A stretch of DNA of 64,000 nt from contig JAPPQH010000010.1 in NCBI GenBank assembly GCA_028817035.1, positions 11,546 through 75,545 on the forward strand, in the 5' to 3' direction. This document shows, one piece after another, positions 18,178-27,329 of this stretch. The number at the start of each line of letters is the position of its first letter. Position 1 is the first letter of the stretch. The notes under the pieces are model-generated. The model worked only from the letters and a program-made list of their open reading frames with translations. It was not told where the DNA came from and did not search any database. This DNA comes from Candidatus Campbellbacteria bacterium (GTDB taxonomy: Bacteria > Patescibacteriota > Minisyncoccia > Phycocordibacterales > JABAAK01). Both the position numbers and the translations under genes were made by a program.

Positions 18178-18315
18178 CAAAAATAGTACTGCTCTTTCAC
18201 AAAAAAGGAGGTAAAAGGCAGACAAAGAATTTATGTTTTGAAAGGGTGCCCTTAGGTGCCCAAAATGCCACTCGCAACCGTGAGTGGTCCCACAAACCAA
18301 CAAAAGGAGAACGGT

Positions 18316-19089
18316 ATGCAAAAGCAAACCAACCCTGCCCTGGGTAAAGAGGGCACCACCCCCCTTCGCGTTCTCGTCATTGATGACAGCGAACGCCACC
18401 AAAAGAGTGCGCGACTCACCCTCGCGGACCACGATCTCACGATCGTTGGGACTTACGAGGAGGCAGAGAAGATCCTGCTTCCTGCCATCTATAAGGCAGG
18501 TGGCCCGAAGGTGGAGGAAGAGATGGAGCGTCTCGGTTTTAGCACTGACGTTAAGTCATACAAGGACTGGGAAGAGTTCCGCAAGGTCCAGAAAGAAATC
18601 GCCAAGAAGCTCTTCCCGACCTTTGACGCAGTCCTCTGCGACCTGCTTATGCCAGTGGTGCATATGTCGGTTTTGAGGGAGCAGAAGAATGAGGAGTATG
18701 CCGGGGAGGAAATGCCCTTCGGCTTCAGCCTCGCTTTCCAGGCAGCTAAGCATGGTGCGAAGTATGTGGCGGTTGTGACTGACACCGGTCATCACGACCA
18801 CCCTGCATCCGCAATGCTTGACCCCCTAAGTTTTAAGGTTCAATTCACAATTACCGGCTTCCATCGCCATCGCGGTGTAACAACTGGCGACAGATATGGT
18901 GCTGCTGTAGGTTTCTACAACAGCCCAAAGATGGTGGAAGTGGAAGGGGTATGCCATGCCTGCGACGGCACTGGACAACGGCATGACAGCGAATACAAGT
19001 GCCCGACCTGCAGAGGGTCTGGCAGCGCTCGGGGTAAGGACTGGGGGTGTATCCTCAAGAAACTCCTTGCCGCTGGCGAGACTGCCTGA
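18316..19089 (+). CDS. receiver (REC)-like domain protein with C-terminal DnaJ-type CxxCxGxG zinc-finger pair, paralog 1
   Basis: ATG at 18316 with AAGGAG RBS (ORF track starts at an upstream GTG, 18256). RVLVIDDSE beta1-like, VLCDLLMP phospho-acceptor-like Asp, His-rich TDTGHHDHP, C-terminal CHACDGTG...CPTCRGSGSARG; ~55 percent GC. Confidence 0.6.
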   Translation: MQKQTNPALGKEGTTPLRVLVIDDSERHQKSARLTLADHDLTIVGTYEEAEKILLPAIYKAGGPKVEEEMERLGFSTDVKSYKDWEEFRKVQKEIAKKLFPTFDAVLCDLLMPVVHMSVLREQKNEEYAGEEMPFGFSLAFQAAKHGAKYVAVVTDTGHHDHPASAMLDPLSFKVQFTITGFHRHRGVTTGDRYGAAVGFYNSPKMVEVEGVCHACDGTGQRHDSEYKCPTCRGSGSARGKDWGCILKKLLAAGETA

Positions 19090-19111
19090 CACCTCCGACG
19101 ACGACCACACG

Positions 19112-19153
19112 GCCGCTCAAGAGCTTTTGCTTGCGAGCGGTCGTTTTTATTTT
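19112..19153 (+). terminator. Rho-independent terminator after paralog 1
   Basis: gccgctc...gagcggtc hairpin followed by gtttttatttt. Confidence 0.6.
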
Positions 19154-19163
19154 AATCTTGGGC

Positions 19164-19193
19164 TTGACAAGATTGGGGGTCTTGTGCTACAAT
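19164..19193 (+). promoter_or_regulatory. sigma70-type promoter TTGACA-N18-TACAAT for paralog 2
   Basis: 19164-19169 TTGACA, 19188-19193 TACAAT; preceded by the same ttttattttaatcttggg junction as the paralog-3 promoter. Confidence 0.55.
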
Positions 19194-19331
19194 TAAAAAT
19201 AGTACTGCTCTTTCACAAAAAAGGAGGTAAAAGGCAGACAAAGAATTTATGTTTTGAAAGGGTGCCCTTAGGTGCCCAAAATGCCACTCGCAACCGTGAG
19301 TGGTCCCACAAACCAACAAAAGGAGAACGGT

Positions 19332-20117
19332 ATGCAAAAGCAAACCAACCCTGCCCTGGGTAAAGAGGGCACCACCCCCCTTCGCGTTCTCGTCATTGAT
19401 GACAGCGAACGCCACCAAAAGAGCGCCCGACTCACCCTCGCGGACCACGATCTCACAATCATCGAGACGCATCAGGAGGCGCTTGTGACCTTGAATCGGG
19501 AAGATTTTCCCAGGCTTTATAGCAAAAAGGTGAAGGAAGAGATGGAGTGTCTCGAGCTTAACCCCGATTCATATGGGAGTCCGAGTGAGTATCTTAGGGC
19601 ATGTGACAAGGCAAGGGAGGAGATTGTTAACAAGCACTTTCCACCCTTTGCCTTTGATGTCGTCCTCTGCGATCTGTTCATGAAGCCAGCGGCAAATATA
19701 GTGAACACCATGGATGGTAGAGAAAGCTTGAGGTGGAGGAAGGAGAAGTTTGCCCGAGAGGAAATGCCGGCTGGTTTCGGTCTTGTCCTCATGGCAGTGG
19801 ACAACCCCTTTCATAGTGTGAAGTATGCGGCGGTTGTGACTGATACCAATCACCATGACCACCCTGTTTCTGCTATGCTTGACTATGTAACCCATAGTCA
19901 AGGAGAGAAACCTCGCTTCAAAATCAACGGAGCGACGGTAGGTTTCTACAACAGCCCAGAGATGGTGGAAGTGGAAGGGGTATGCCATGCCTGCGAAGGT
20001 ACTGGGCAAATTGACAGCGACTACGATTGCGAGACCTGCAGAGGGTCTGGCAACGCCCGGGGTAAGGACTGGGGACTCGTCCTCAAGGACCTCCTTGCCG
20101 CTGGCGAGACTGCCTAA
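19332..20117 (+). CDS. receiver (REC)-like domain protein with C-terminal DnaJ-type CxxCxGxG zinc-finger pair, paralog 2
   Basis: First ~40 codons and 5'UTR identical to paralog 1, then diverges; VVLCDLFMKP, TDTNHHDHP, CHACEGTGQ...CETCRGSGNARG. Confidence 0.6.
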   Translation: MQKQTNPALGKEGTTPLRVLVIDDSERHQKSARLTLADHDLTIIETHQEALVTLNREDFPRLYSKKVKEEMECLELNPDSYGSPSEYLRACDKAREEIVNKHFPPFAFDVVLCDLFMKPAANIVNTMDGRESLRWRKEKFAREEMPAGFGLVLMAVDNPFHSVKYAAVVTDTNHHDHPVSAMLDYVTHSQGEKPRFKINGATVGFYNSPEMVEVEGVCHACEGTGQIDSDYDCETCRGSGNARGKDWGLVLKDLLAAGETA

Positions 20118-20135
20118 CGCCTCCGACGACCACAC

Positions 20136-20178
20136 GACCGCTCAAAAGCTATGGCTTGCGAGCGGTCGTTTTTATTTT
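20136..20178 (+). terminator. Rho-independent terminator after paralog 2
   Basis: gaccgctc-N16-gagcggtc then gtttttatttt. Confidence 0.65.
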
Positions 20179-20188
20179 AATCTTGGGG

Positions 20189-20217
20189 TTGACATAAGAG
20201 ATTTAATATATTATCCT
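20189..20217 (+). promoter_or_regulatory. putative promoter (TTGACA, weaker -10) for third REC-like gene
   Basis: ggggTTGACAtaagagatttaatatattatcc; AAGGAGG RBS 8 nt before ATG 20253. Confidence 0.4.
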
Positions 20218-20252
20218 TAATTTAGCTGAACTTTTCAAAAAGGAGGAAAGAT

Positions 20253-20681
20253 ATGATTGTTAGCGTCTACATCGTGGACCATCGGATCCACAGGGCCAAA
20301 AGGCTCTGGAAACTTTCTGGCTGTGGGAATCGCAAAGATGCCTTTGAACTACTGCCTGCCGAACCGTTTAATTCTATTGAACGGACTTGCGAAAGGGTGA
20401 AGAATCTCAGACCAAATGTGATATTGGTCAATTATGACCTGGGGCAAGGTCGGCGTCTTAATGGCGTTAATGTTGTTCGTGCTCTTATCATTGAAGGGTA
20501 TAAAGGTCACATCGTCGCAAACTGTGCCAAAGGTGCTGAGAGATTCGGTCCATCTGGTGTGAAAGTGGATGGAGATACAAACAGAAAGCCTCGTGGTTTG
20601 TGGAATGCACTTGAGCAATCTCGCAAGTGGTATGATAAAAATAGACCACTGTTAGAGGTACCCTCAAGTCCATCTGCTTGA
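20253..20681 (+). CDS. single-domain receiver (REC)-like protein, degenerate
   Basis: 142 aa; VYIVDH (beta1-like), NVILVNYDLGQG (phospho-acceptor-like Asp), VVRALIIEGYKGHIVANCAKG; no output domain; GC-rich. Confidence 0.45.
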   Translation: MIVSVYIVDHRIHRAKRLWKLSGCGNRKDAFELLPAEPFNSIERTCERVKNLRPNVILVNYDLGQGRRLNGVNVVRALIIEGYKGHIVANCAKGAERFGPSGVKVDGDTNRKPRGLWNALEQSRKWYDKNRPLLEVPSSPSA

Positions 20682-20696
20682 TCCCACCCAACGAAC

Positions 20697-20740
20697 GACC
20701 TTCCGCGGTTATAAAAACTGCGGAAGGTCGTTTTTATTTT
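20697..20740 (+). terminator. Rho-independent terminator after third REC-like gene
   Basis: perfect 10-bp stem gaccttccgc / gcggaaggtc followed by tttttatttt. Confidence 0.8.
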
Positions 20741-20767
20741 GGTTTCTTTTGAGTATCTGTCTAGATC

Positions 20768-21721
20768 TTAATCTCCGTGGAAGATTGAGAGCATCATCCT
20801 AAGAACATGGTCTGGGAATGAGGAGTCGTAGTTCTTCCAACTGCTGTATTTGTCTAATTTAATTTTTTGTGGAAGGACATCAAACAATCCATAAACTGCA
20901 AATGGCCCTTGTTCTTTTTGAACTTTAACAATTTCTGCATACACAACATCATATAGGTCGTTGTAATATTCTGCTCCTTCTATGAGCAACTGTGGGTCTG
21001 TGGATTCTGTGTGTGTGCTTATCGCGTGTGTTATGTCCCATTCTTTTATGGTGTTTAAGATTTTTCTTGTTCCTGTGAAGTTCTTATCATCAACCCAGTT
21101 TTTATGTGTGATTTCCTTGTATTCATACATATCTGCTGTAAGAACAATTCCTTCGTCACGGAGAGCTATAACAGTAGTCGCGTCACCGTCTCCTGGTCCA
21201 AAGTGATATAAGTCAACTTTTTTGTCACCTATGTTTATCGTTCTTTGTGTTGTGAAGGTTTCATCTACTTCTGGGACATCACCGAGTGTGTTAAGGTCAA
21301 AGATTGGCTGACAATTTACATGACAATACACTCGCGCATCAGGAAAGATGCTTGTTCCTCCTGCATGGTCATAGTGTTCGTGTGTAAGAGCTATGTGAGA
21401 TACTGGTTTGTCCGTTAGTGTTGCTACATAACTTTTAAGGGCTTCTGCGCGTGGGTCGTTAGATGGATCTGTGATTAAGACATCATCGCCAGAGATTACA
21501 ATAAGACTGTTTGTGAAAAATCCAAACCAACTATAAACCCCATCAGTAAGTTTCTTTGAGGTTGGCTCTGAAGGGATCATTGGTTCTGAGTGATCGTGTC
21601 CGTCATCCATTTCCTTTCTGTCTTCAGAATAATAGGAATCATCTGTTTCACTTGTGCTGAAAAATATTGCTATTATGACAAGCACGACTATAAGTAATAT
21701 GATTATTGTTTTTGTATTCAT
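20768..21721 (-). CDS. metallo-beta-lactamase-fold hydrolase, membrane-anchored
   Basis: 317 aa; N-terminal TM; HxHxDH motif ALTHEHYDHAGG. Confidence 0.8.
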   Translation of the reverse strand: MNTKTIIILLIVVLVIIAIFFSTSETDDSYYSEDRKEMDDGHDHSEPMIPSEPTSKKLTDGVYSWFGFFTNSLIVISGDDVLITDPSNDPRAEALKSYVATLTDKPVSHIALTHEHYDHAGGTSIFPDARVYCHVNCQPIFDLNTLGDVPEVDETFTTQRTINIGDKKVDLYHFGPGDGDATTVIALRDEGIVLTADMYEYKEITHKNWVDDKNFTGTRKILNTIKEWDITHAISTHTESTDPQLLIEGAEYYNDLYDVVYAEIVKVQKEQGPFAVYGLFDVLPQKIKLDKYSSWKNYDSSFPDHVLRMMLSIFHGD

Positions 21722-21784
21722 GATAATGTTAAAAATTCTTACTTTTTATTATGTAATAAATCCTATCACAGCAATCAAATTTTG

Positions 21785-23584
21785 TTAAGAGTCCTTGCCT
21801 CTTATCACTTTTAGCAGGACATCATGCGGTATCTGGACCCGCCCTACTTCTTTCATTTTCTTTTTCCCCTTTTTCTGTTTCTCGCGGAGTTTCATTTTTC
21901 TTGTTATATCACCGCCATATAGTTTTGCTGTAACATCTTTGCGAAGTGCTGATATGGTCCTTGAGGCGATTATCCTGCCGTTTGCCTGTGCTTGTATTTT
22001 TACCACAAACATTCGTTTTGGGAGAGATTTTGATATGAGCTCAGCAAGTGTTTTTGCTTCTTCCTGTAGTCTTCTGTTGGCGACTATTTTTGTAAACTCG
22101 GGTGCAACAGATCCAGCAACCAGAACATCAAGACGGGTTACTGATGCTTCACGGGGTTCGTCTGTGGCGTAAGAGAAAGACGCATAACCAGATGTTATGC
22201 TTTTTAATTTATCAAAAAAGTTTCGCATCAGTTCTCTCAGTGGCATTTTAGATGTTATTCTCATTCTGTCTTCACCAAAGGATTCTGTGCTTTCGTGTTC
22301 AACCTCATACTCAAAGAAAAGTTTCATTACTTCTCCGACATAATCAGAGGGGGTGATGATTGTTATTGAGACCCATGGCTCTATTATTTTTTCTATGAGA
22401 TTGGTATCAACAAAATTCTCTGGAGAATGAACTTCGTATGATTTGCCATTTTTTTCGTATATAACATAACGGACAGTTGGCGGAAGAAGTATAAACTGAA
22501 GATTGTTTTCTCTTTTTATTCTTTCAACCACAACTTCAAGGTGTAACATTCCCAAAAAACCACATCTGAAACCTCTGCCGAAGGATTGTGAGTGTTCTTC
22601 CTCAAATACAAGGGATGCGTCTGACAGGTGCATTGTTCCAAGTGCTTTTTTCATAAGGCTGAAATCGTTTTGATTTTCAGGGTATATTGAGGTCCATATC
22701 ATTGGTTGTGGGTCGTGATACCCAGAGAGGGGGTTGCTTTTGTCATATTCTTCCGCTGCGGTGTCCCCCACTTTTGCTATTCCTGTTTCTTTTATGCCGG
22801 TTACTATGTAGCCTATGTTGCCTTCTCCGATACTTTTCATTTTTGTTCTGTTTGGGATAAATACACCTACTTCCTGTGCTGCAAAAACTTTGCCTGCTAT
22901 TTTTAGTTTTAATTTGTCTCCTGTTTTTACAAATCCACTCATAACGCGAACATAAAGAATCACTCCTAAATGGCTTGAGTATGAGAAATCAAAGACCAAT
23001 GATGTGAAGGAATCTTTATTTTCTGTTTCTGGTGATGGTATTTTGTCTATTATTCCATCAATTAATTTCTGAACGCCTTCTCCTGTTTTTCCAGACACAA
23101 CAAATATGTCTTCTTCGTTGCATTTTATGAGTTCCATTATTTCTTTTTTTGATTCTTCTATTTGTGCGTTTTTTGAATCTGCCTTTGTGAGAACTGGGAT
23201 GATAATTAAATTGGATTCTTTTGCTCTATCAAGTGTTGATAAGGTCTGTGCTTCTACTCCCTGCGTGGAGTCAACCAAAAGTAAGACGCCTTCAACTGCT
23301 GCGAGTGCGCGAGATACTTCATATGAAAAATCTATGTGTCCTGGTGTGTCTATCAGGTTCAGCGTGTATGTTGTGCCGTCTTTTTCATAATGCATTTTTG
23401 CTGGTTGCATTTTTATGGTGATTCCTCTTTCTCTTTCTATATCCATCTGATCCAATACTTGATCTTTCATTTCCCTTGCGCTTATTGTTTTTGTTATTTC
23501 AAGCATCCTGTCGCAGAGCGTGGATTTGCCGTGGTCTATGTGCGCTATGACAGAAAAATTTCTTATGTTTTTTATATTACTCAT
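21785..23584 (-). CDS. lepA: elongation factor 4 (LepA)
   Basis: 599 aa; GTPase G1 AHIDHGKST, LepA-specific C-terminal domain; 4-nt overlap with murJ. Confidence 0.9.
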   Translation of the reverse strand: MSNIKNIRNFSVIAHIDHGKSTLCDRMLEITKTISAREMKDQVLDQMDIERERGITIKMQPAKMHYEKDGTTYTLNLIDTPGHIDFSYEVSRALAAVEGVLLLVDSTQGVEAQTLSTLDRAKESNLIIIPVLTKADSKNAQIEESKKEIMELIKCNEEDIFVVSGKTGEGVQKLIDGIIDKIPSPETENKDSFTSLVFDFSYSSHLGVILYVRVMSGFVKTGDKLKLKIAGKVFAAQEVGVFIPNRTKMKSIGEGNIGYIVTGIKETGIAKVGDTAAEEYDKSNPLSGYHDPQPMIWTSIYPENQNDFSLMKKALGTMHLSDASLVFEEEHSQSFGRGFRCGFLGMLHLEVVVERIKRENNLQFILLPPTVRYVIYEKNGKSYEVHSPENFVDTNLIEKIIEPWVSITIITPSDYVGEVMKLFFEYEVEHESTESFGEDRMRITSKMPLRELMRNFFDKLKSITSGYASFSYATDEPREASVTRLDVLVAGSVAPEFTKIVANRRLQEEAKTLAELISKSLPKRMFVVKIQAQANGRIIASRTISALRKDVTAKLYGGDITRKMKLREKQKKGKKKMKEVGRVQIPHDVLLKVIRGKDS

Positions 23585-25251
23585 CTTTTTATTTTACTCT
23601 GTGCCCACAACAAGACAGGTCTCGCTGTGTCCAAAAATTCCAGCAATTCCCTGCTTCTTGAGATAAATAGGATTATAAACCAAGCCACAATCCCGACTAT
23701 CGCCGCTATGAAGCCGTTCATAAACACGCCTATGAATGTGTTTATATCAAAGACACCGTCTAAAAGGCGCAATACCACATAAGCCGACAAGCCAAACACA
23801 CCGCCCGCTATTGCGCTTTTCCAGAACGCAAGCCACACATCTCTTGATATCAGTTTATATACTGCGTTTATATATATTAAAAGTATTGACATCTGTATCA
23901 CGGATCCAATCACAAAGGCGGCTGGTAGAATTATGATTTCAGAACCTGGGACATCAAGGATTCTGAATGCTGCTGCTATGCTTTGACTTATTTCGTTGTT
24001 CGCCTCGTAAATTTTTAAGAATAAAAGACCTATTGATACAGAGACTATTGTTGATAGAAAACTTGATACCACTGGGATCATTGTTTTGTTTGAGGCATAA
24101 CAAGCCCTTATCAACAAGAGCGATATGCTTTGTGTGATTATAAAGATGGAGAATATCGCAAGTGCTGCTGCGGTCAAACGGGTGTCATACCAATCAAACT
24201 CACCAGATCCCAAAATTATCCTAACTATGTGTGCGCGAAGGACAACAAAAAAGGCAACTGCTGGGAATGCCCAAAAGATAATATGTCTGAGAGCAGTTTG
24301 AAGTCTTTGAATAAATGTATCTATTTTTCCTTCTATGAAGAGTTTTGAGAGTATTGGAAAAGAAACAACAGAGTAACTTACACCTATGAGTGTTAATGGG
24401 ACTTGTCCTAAGTTATAAGCAAAAGAAAAGACACTGATTGATCCTGCGCTAAGCAAAGATGCGATACCTATGAGAACAAAAAGGGTTATGTTGTTTGCGG
24501 ATAGGACCGCTGCACGCGGGAATGATGTCTTTATTACCCTTATTATCTCGGAATCAAACTTAATTTTCGGTCTGTAGCGTGGAAGTGATTTTTCAGACAA
24601 TAGAAAGGGTATGACAAGTGCCATATGGAAAATTGCGCCAAGAACAACGCCGTAGACAACACCCGTTATTCCAAATATAGGGTTTAGGAAGATTATGCCT
24701 AAAATTATTCCTAAATTATAAAGGACTGGGCTTAAACCAAATATTATAAAACGATGTTTCAACTGTGCAATGCTTGAGAAAAAACTGGAAGCACCAAGAA
24801 AAATTGGCTGAAGTAAAAGCAGGCGAGAAAGTGCTATCACATTTTCACGGACATCAGCATCAAGTCCTTTAAAAACTATATCTGCTATTGCGGGCATAAG
24901 AATATATGCCGCTGCAGATATTATTATCAACATTGTAAGAAAAAATGAGAATGTGTTGTCTATAAACTCTTTGAATTTTTCTTGTGATTCTGCGAGTTTT
25001 CTTTCAAAAAAAGGAAGTAGTGCGTAGACGGACATAAAAGAAACAAGTAGCGCAAAAATTATGTCGGGTATGCGAAACGCTGCGAAGTATATGTCAAGAA
25101 TTTCACCTGCACCGAATATATTAGCAAGAAGACGATCTCTTGCGAACGCCATTATTAAAGACAGCAAAAACATGCCTGTCAGTGCATAGGATGCGAGATG
25201 CAATTCAGATATTTTTTTATGAACTACCGAAACAAGAAATTTTCTTACCAT
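23581..25251 (-). CDS. murJ: lipid II flippase MurJ (MviN family)
   Basis: 556 aa, ~14 TM; N-terminal MurJ signature ARDRLLANIFGAGEILDIYFAAFRIPDIIFALL. Confidence 0.75.
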   Translation of the reverse strand: MVRKFLVSVVHKKISELHLASYALTGMFLLSLIMAFARDRLLANIFGAGEILDIYFAAFRIPDIIFALLVSFMSVYALLPFFERKLAESQEKFKEFIDNTFSFFLTMLIIISAAAYILMPAIADIVFKGLDADVRENVIALSRLLLLQPIFLGASSFFSSIAQLKHRFIIFGLSPVLYNLGIILGIIFLNPIFGITGVVYGVVLGAIFHMALVIPFLLSEKSLPRYRPKIKFDSEIIRVIKTSFPRAAVLSANNITLFVLIGIASLLSAGSISVFSFAYNLGQVPLTLIGVSYSVVSFPILSKLFIEGKIDTFIQRLQTALRHIIFWAFPAVAFFVVLRAHIVRIILGSGEFDWYDTRLTAAALAIFSIFIITQSISLLLIRACYASNKTMIPVVSSFLSTIVSVSIGLLFLKIYEANNEISQSIAAAFRILDVPGSEIIILPAAFVIGSVIQMSILLIYINAVYKLISRDVWLAFWKSAIAGGVFGLSAYVVLRLLDGVFDINTFIGVFMNGFIAAIVGIVAWFIILFISRSRELLEFLDTARPVLLWAQSKIKR

Positions 25252-25318
25252 TTTTTTATTTATTATATGCTTTCAATGAGTATACCAAAAAACACACCTT
25301 TTTATCAGTGTGCTTTTT

Positions 25319-25655
25319 GGCGCTTGATCTATAAACCGGATTCTGTATCTCTTGCGAGACAACGATTATTTATCTGGGATCTGCGTTACCGCAAACCTCA
25401 TGCGACACTCCGCCAATTAAGACGACACGGTCTTGCACCCAGATGGGATTTTTGCCGTTTCACCTCGTATGTCACCATACAAGCTCACCTCAAATGAGGT
25501 GCCACATATCTCTCGATTTGTGGCGTCTCTGCTCGCATCCCTCGCTTTGCAGCGGACGGGCGTTACCCGCCATCCTGCTCCGAATTTCTTCGGGGGTGTC
25601 CGGATTTTCCTCATACATCACCTATGTATGTACGCAATCGTTCAACCAAGCATTT
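25319..25655 (-). ncRNA. rnpB: RNase P RNA (bacterial type A), not in ORF track
   Basis: Minus strand contains P4 5' strand GAGGAAAAUCCGGACACC (rc of 25595-25612), GGCGGGUAACGCC (rc of 25560-25572), P4 3' strand ACAGAAUCCGGUUUAUAG (rc of 25331-25348), P3 hairpin CAUACAUAGGUGAUGUAUG. Ends approximate (P1 GCUUG/CAAGC). Confidence 0.8.
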
Positions 25656-25663
25656 ACATTATA

Positions 25664-26122
25664 TCACTTATTCTCCAAAAGTGAAATACCCCCTATTGTG
25701 CCGCCCTTTTGAAGCCCAGATCTTTCAAAAACGCCTGCGTTTACTTCAATGACATAAAGCGCTGGCTCATCTGGTCTGAAGACTGTCGGATAGGTTTCTG
25801 GCTTTACATCTGTTTCAATATGGACGATATTGTAATCTGAATTTATCCAAATTATATCAATTGGAAATCTGGTGTCTTTCATCCAAAACCCCCAAAGACC
25901 TTCTTCCTCAAAAACAAACAGCATTCCCCTATTTTGTGCGAGTGAATCTCTTCCTCCCAAGCCAAGAGTTCTTTTATCTTTAGTGTCTGCAATTTCTGTG
26001 TGAATTGTGAGGTTGCCAAATGATATTGGTATGGTTCCGTCTTCCCTATTTCCATTGGGGTAGAGGAAAAAGCCGAGTATAAATAATAAAGCAATTATTA
26101 TTATAATTATGGTTTTTTTCAT
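25664..26122 (-). CDS. DUF192-domain protein (secreted/membrane-anchored)
   Basis: 152 aa; N-terminal TM; GMLFVFEEEG...IDIIWIN core typical of DUF192/COG1430. Confidence 0.65.
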   Translation of the reverse strand: MKKTIIIIIIALLFILGFFLYPNGNREDGTIPISFGNLTIHTEIADTKDKRTLGLGGRDSLAQNRGMLFVFEEEGLWGFWMKDTRFPIDIIWINSDYNIVHIETDVKPETYPTVFRPDEPALYVIEVNAGVFERSGLQKGGTIGGISLLENK

Positions 26123-26823
26123 TGGGATCGTTTTTTATTATTTTCTCTTTCAACCAAGCGAGGTAAAAGTGAAACCATAACTGCTATTATAACAAGCGGT
26201 ATGATGATTATGAGGAAATTGCTGGCTGTGGTGCCATTTGTAAATATCATAGATATCCCTGTTCCAGAATAGACGAGAAGTGTGGTTGAAATTATATTTG
26301 TTATAAATGTTGCTGAAACATAAGGAATGAATTTTAACTCTTTTATTGTCCCCAGTACCAATGACAGAGGTATGTAAGGCAAGAAAAGTAAACGGAGTAT
26401 TGCTACGCTGATAAATCCGTGTCTACCAGTGTGGACTGATATTTTGTTAAATATGTGTGATAATTTGCCTTTGTTATTTTTTTTCCATTCATATACTTTT
26501 TCACTAAACAACTTGCCTATAAAAAAGGCTATTGAAGCGCTTATGGTTGCTGAGATTATCGCTATCACTACTCCCCACCAGACACCAAACAAAACTCCTG
26601 CGAGAATTGTGAGGGCTAACGCTGAAAATCCCACCATGGTCAAAGACACATAAATGATGACATAAAAGAGTGCTGATTCCACCATATTGTCGCCAACGCT
26701 TTCAATAAATGATACAATCATATCTTGTATGCTCATAAAATCCACTCTGGAGATAAAGAAGAAAAGGGCAATTATCACTAATACCACAATGGCTGTTATT
26801 ATTTTTTTACTTGCATTTTTCAT
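26119..26823 (-). CDS. TVP38/TMEM64 (DedA-like, SNARE-associated) family membrane protein
   Basis: 234 aa; multi-TM with LTILAGVLFG...FIGK core. Confidence 0.65.
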   Translation of the reverse strand: MKNASKKIITAIVVLVIIALFFFISRVDFMSIQDMIVSFIESVGDNMVESALFYVIIYVSLTMVGFSALALTILAGVLFGVWWGVVIAIISATISASIAFFIGKLFSEKVYEWKKNNKGKLSHIFNKISVHTGRHGFISVAILRLLFLPYIPLSLVLGTIKELKFIPYVSATFITNIISTTLLVYSGTGISMIFTNGTTASNFLIIIIPLVIIAVMVSLLPRLVERENNKKRSQ

Positions 26824-26850
26824 TAAAATAAATATATACTATATAACAAT

Positions 26851-27303
26851 ATGATACCTGATATCACAGAAATGATAGCAAAAGCAATGAAAGAAAGGGA
26901 CTCCCTGAGGCTAAGCGTATTGAGGGATATAAGGACCTCAATCACAAATGAGTTGGTGGCGAGCGGGAAAAAGCCCACTGATACTTTGCCGAATGAAGCG
27001 TTAGAAAAAATCATAAGACGGCTTCTAAAACAAAGGAATGAAGCGCAGGAGAAATATGAGGAGGCAAATGCGCAAGAAAAAGCAGAACTTGAACGAAAAG
27101 AAGCAGAAATATTGAGCGAGTTATTACCCGAGCAGGCAACGGATGAAGAATTGGAAAAAGTTTTGAAAGAGTGTGTGGAAGAGATTGGTCTTTCATCCCC
27201 TGCTGATAAGGGTCGTGTGATAAAAACTGTTCTTGAAAGACTTGCAGGAAAAGTAGATGGAAAAAGAGTGTCGCAAGCACTTAGTAAGATGGGGGACAAC
27301 TAA
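26851..27303 (+). CDS. yqeY: GatB/YqeY domain protein
   Basis: 150 aa; MKERDSLRLSVLRDIRTSI ... matches YqeY family pattern. Confidence 0.8.
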   Translation: MIPDITEMIAKAMKERDSLRLSVLRDIRTSITNELVASGKKPTDTLPNEALEKIIRRLLKQRNEAQEKYEEANAQEKAELERKEAEILSELLPEQATDEELEKVLKECVEEIGLSSPADKGRVIKTVLERLAGKVDGKRVSQALSKMGDN

Positions 27304-27329
27304 TCATTTAGTTGTTCTGCCTTTTTGTT

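Noticed and set aside
18256-18315. GTG start at 18256 (and 19272) given by the ORF track for the REC/zinc-finger genes
   Set aside because: The in-frame ATG 60 nt downstream has an AAGGAG RBS, and the upstream stretch overlaps a hairpin in the conserved 5'UTR; the ATG start is preferred.
25417-25712. Short ORFs on both strands (25417..25614 -, 25433..25684 +, 25443..25712 +)
   Set aside because: They coincide with the RNase P RNA gene; the GC-rich structured RNA produces chance ORFs.
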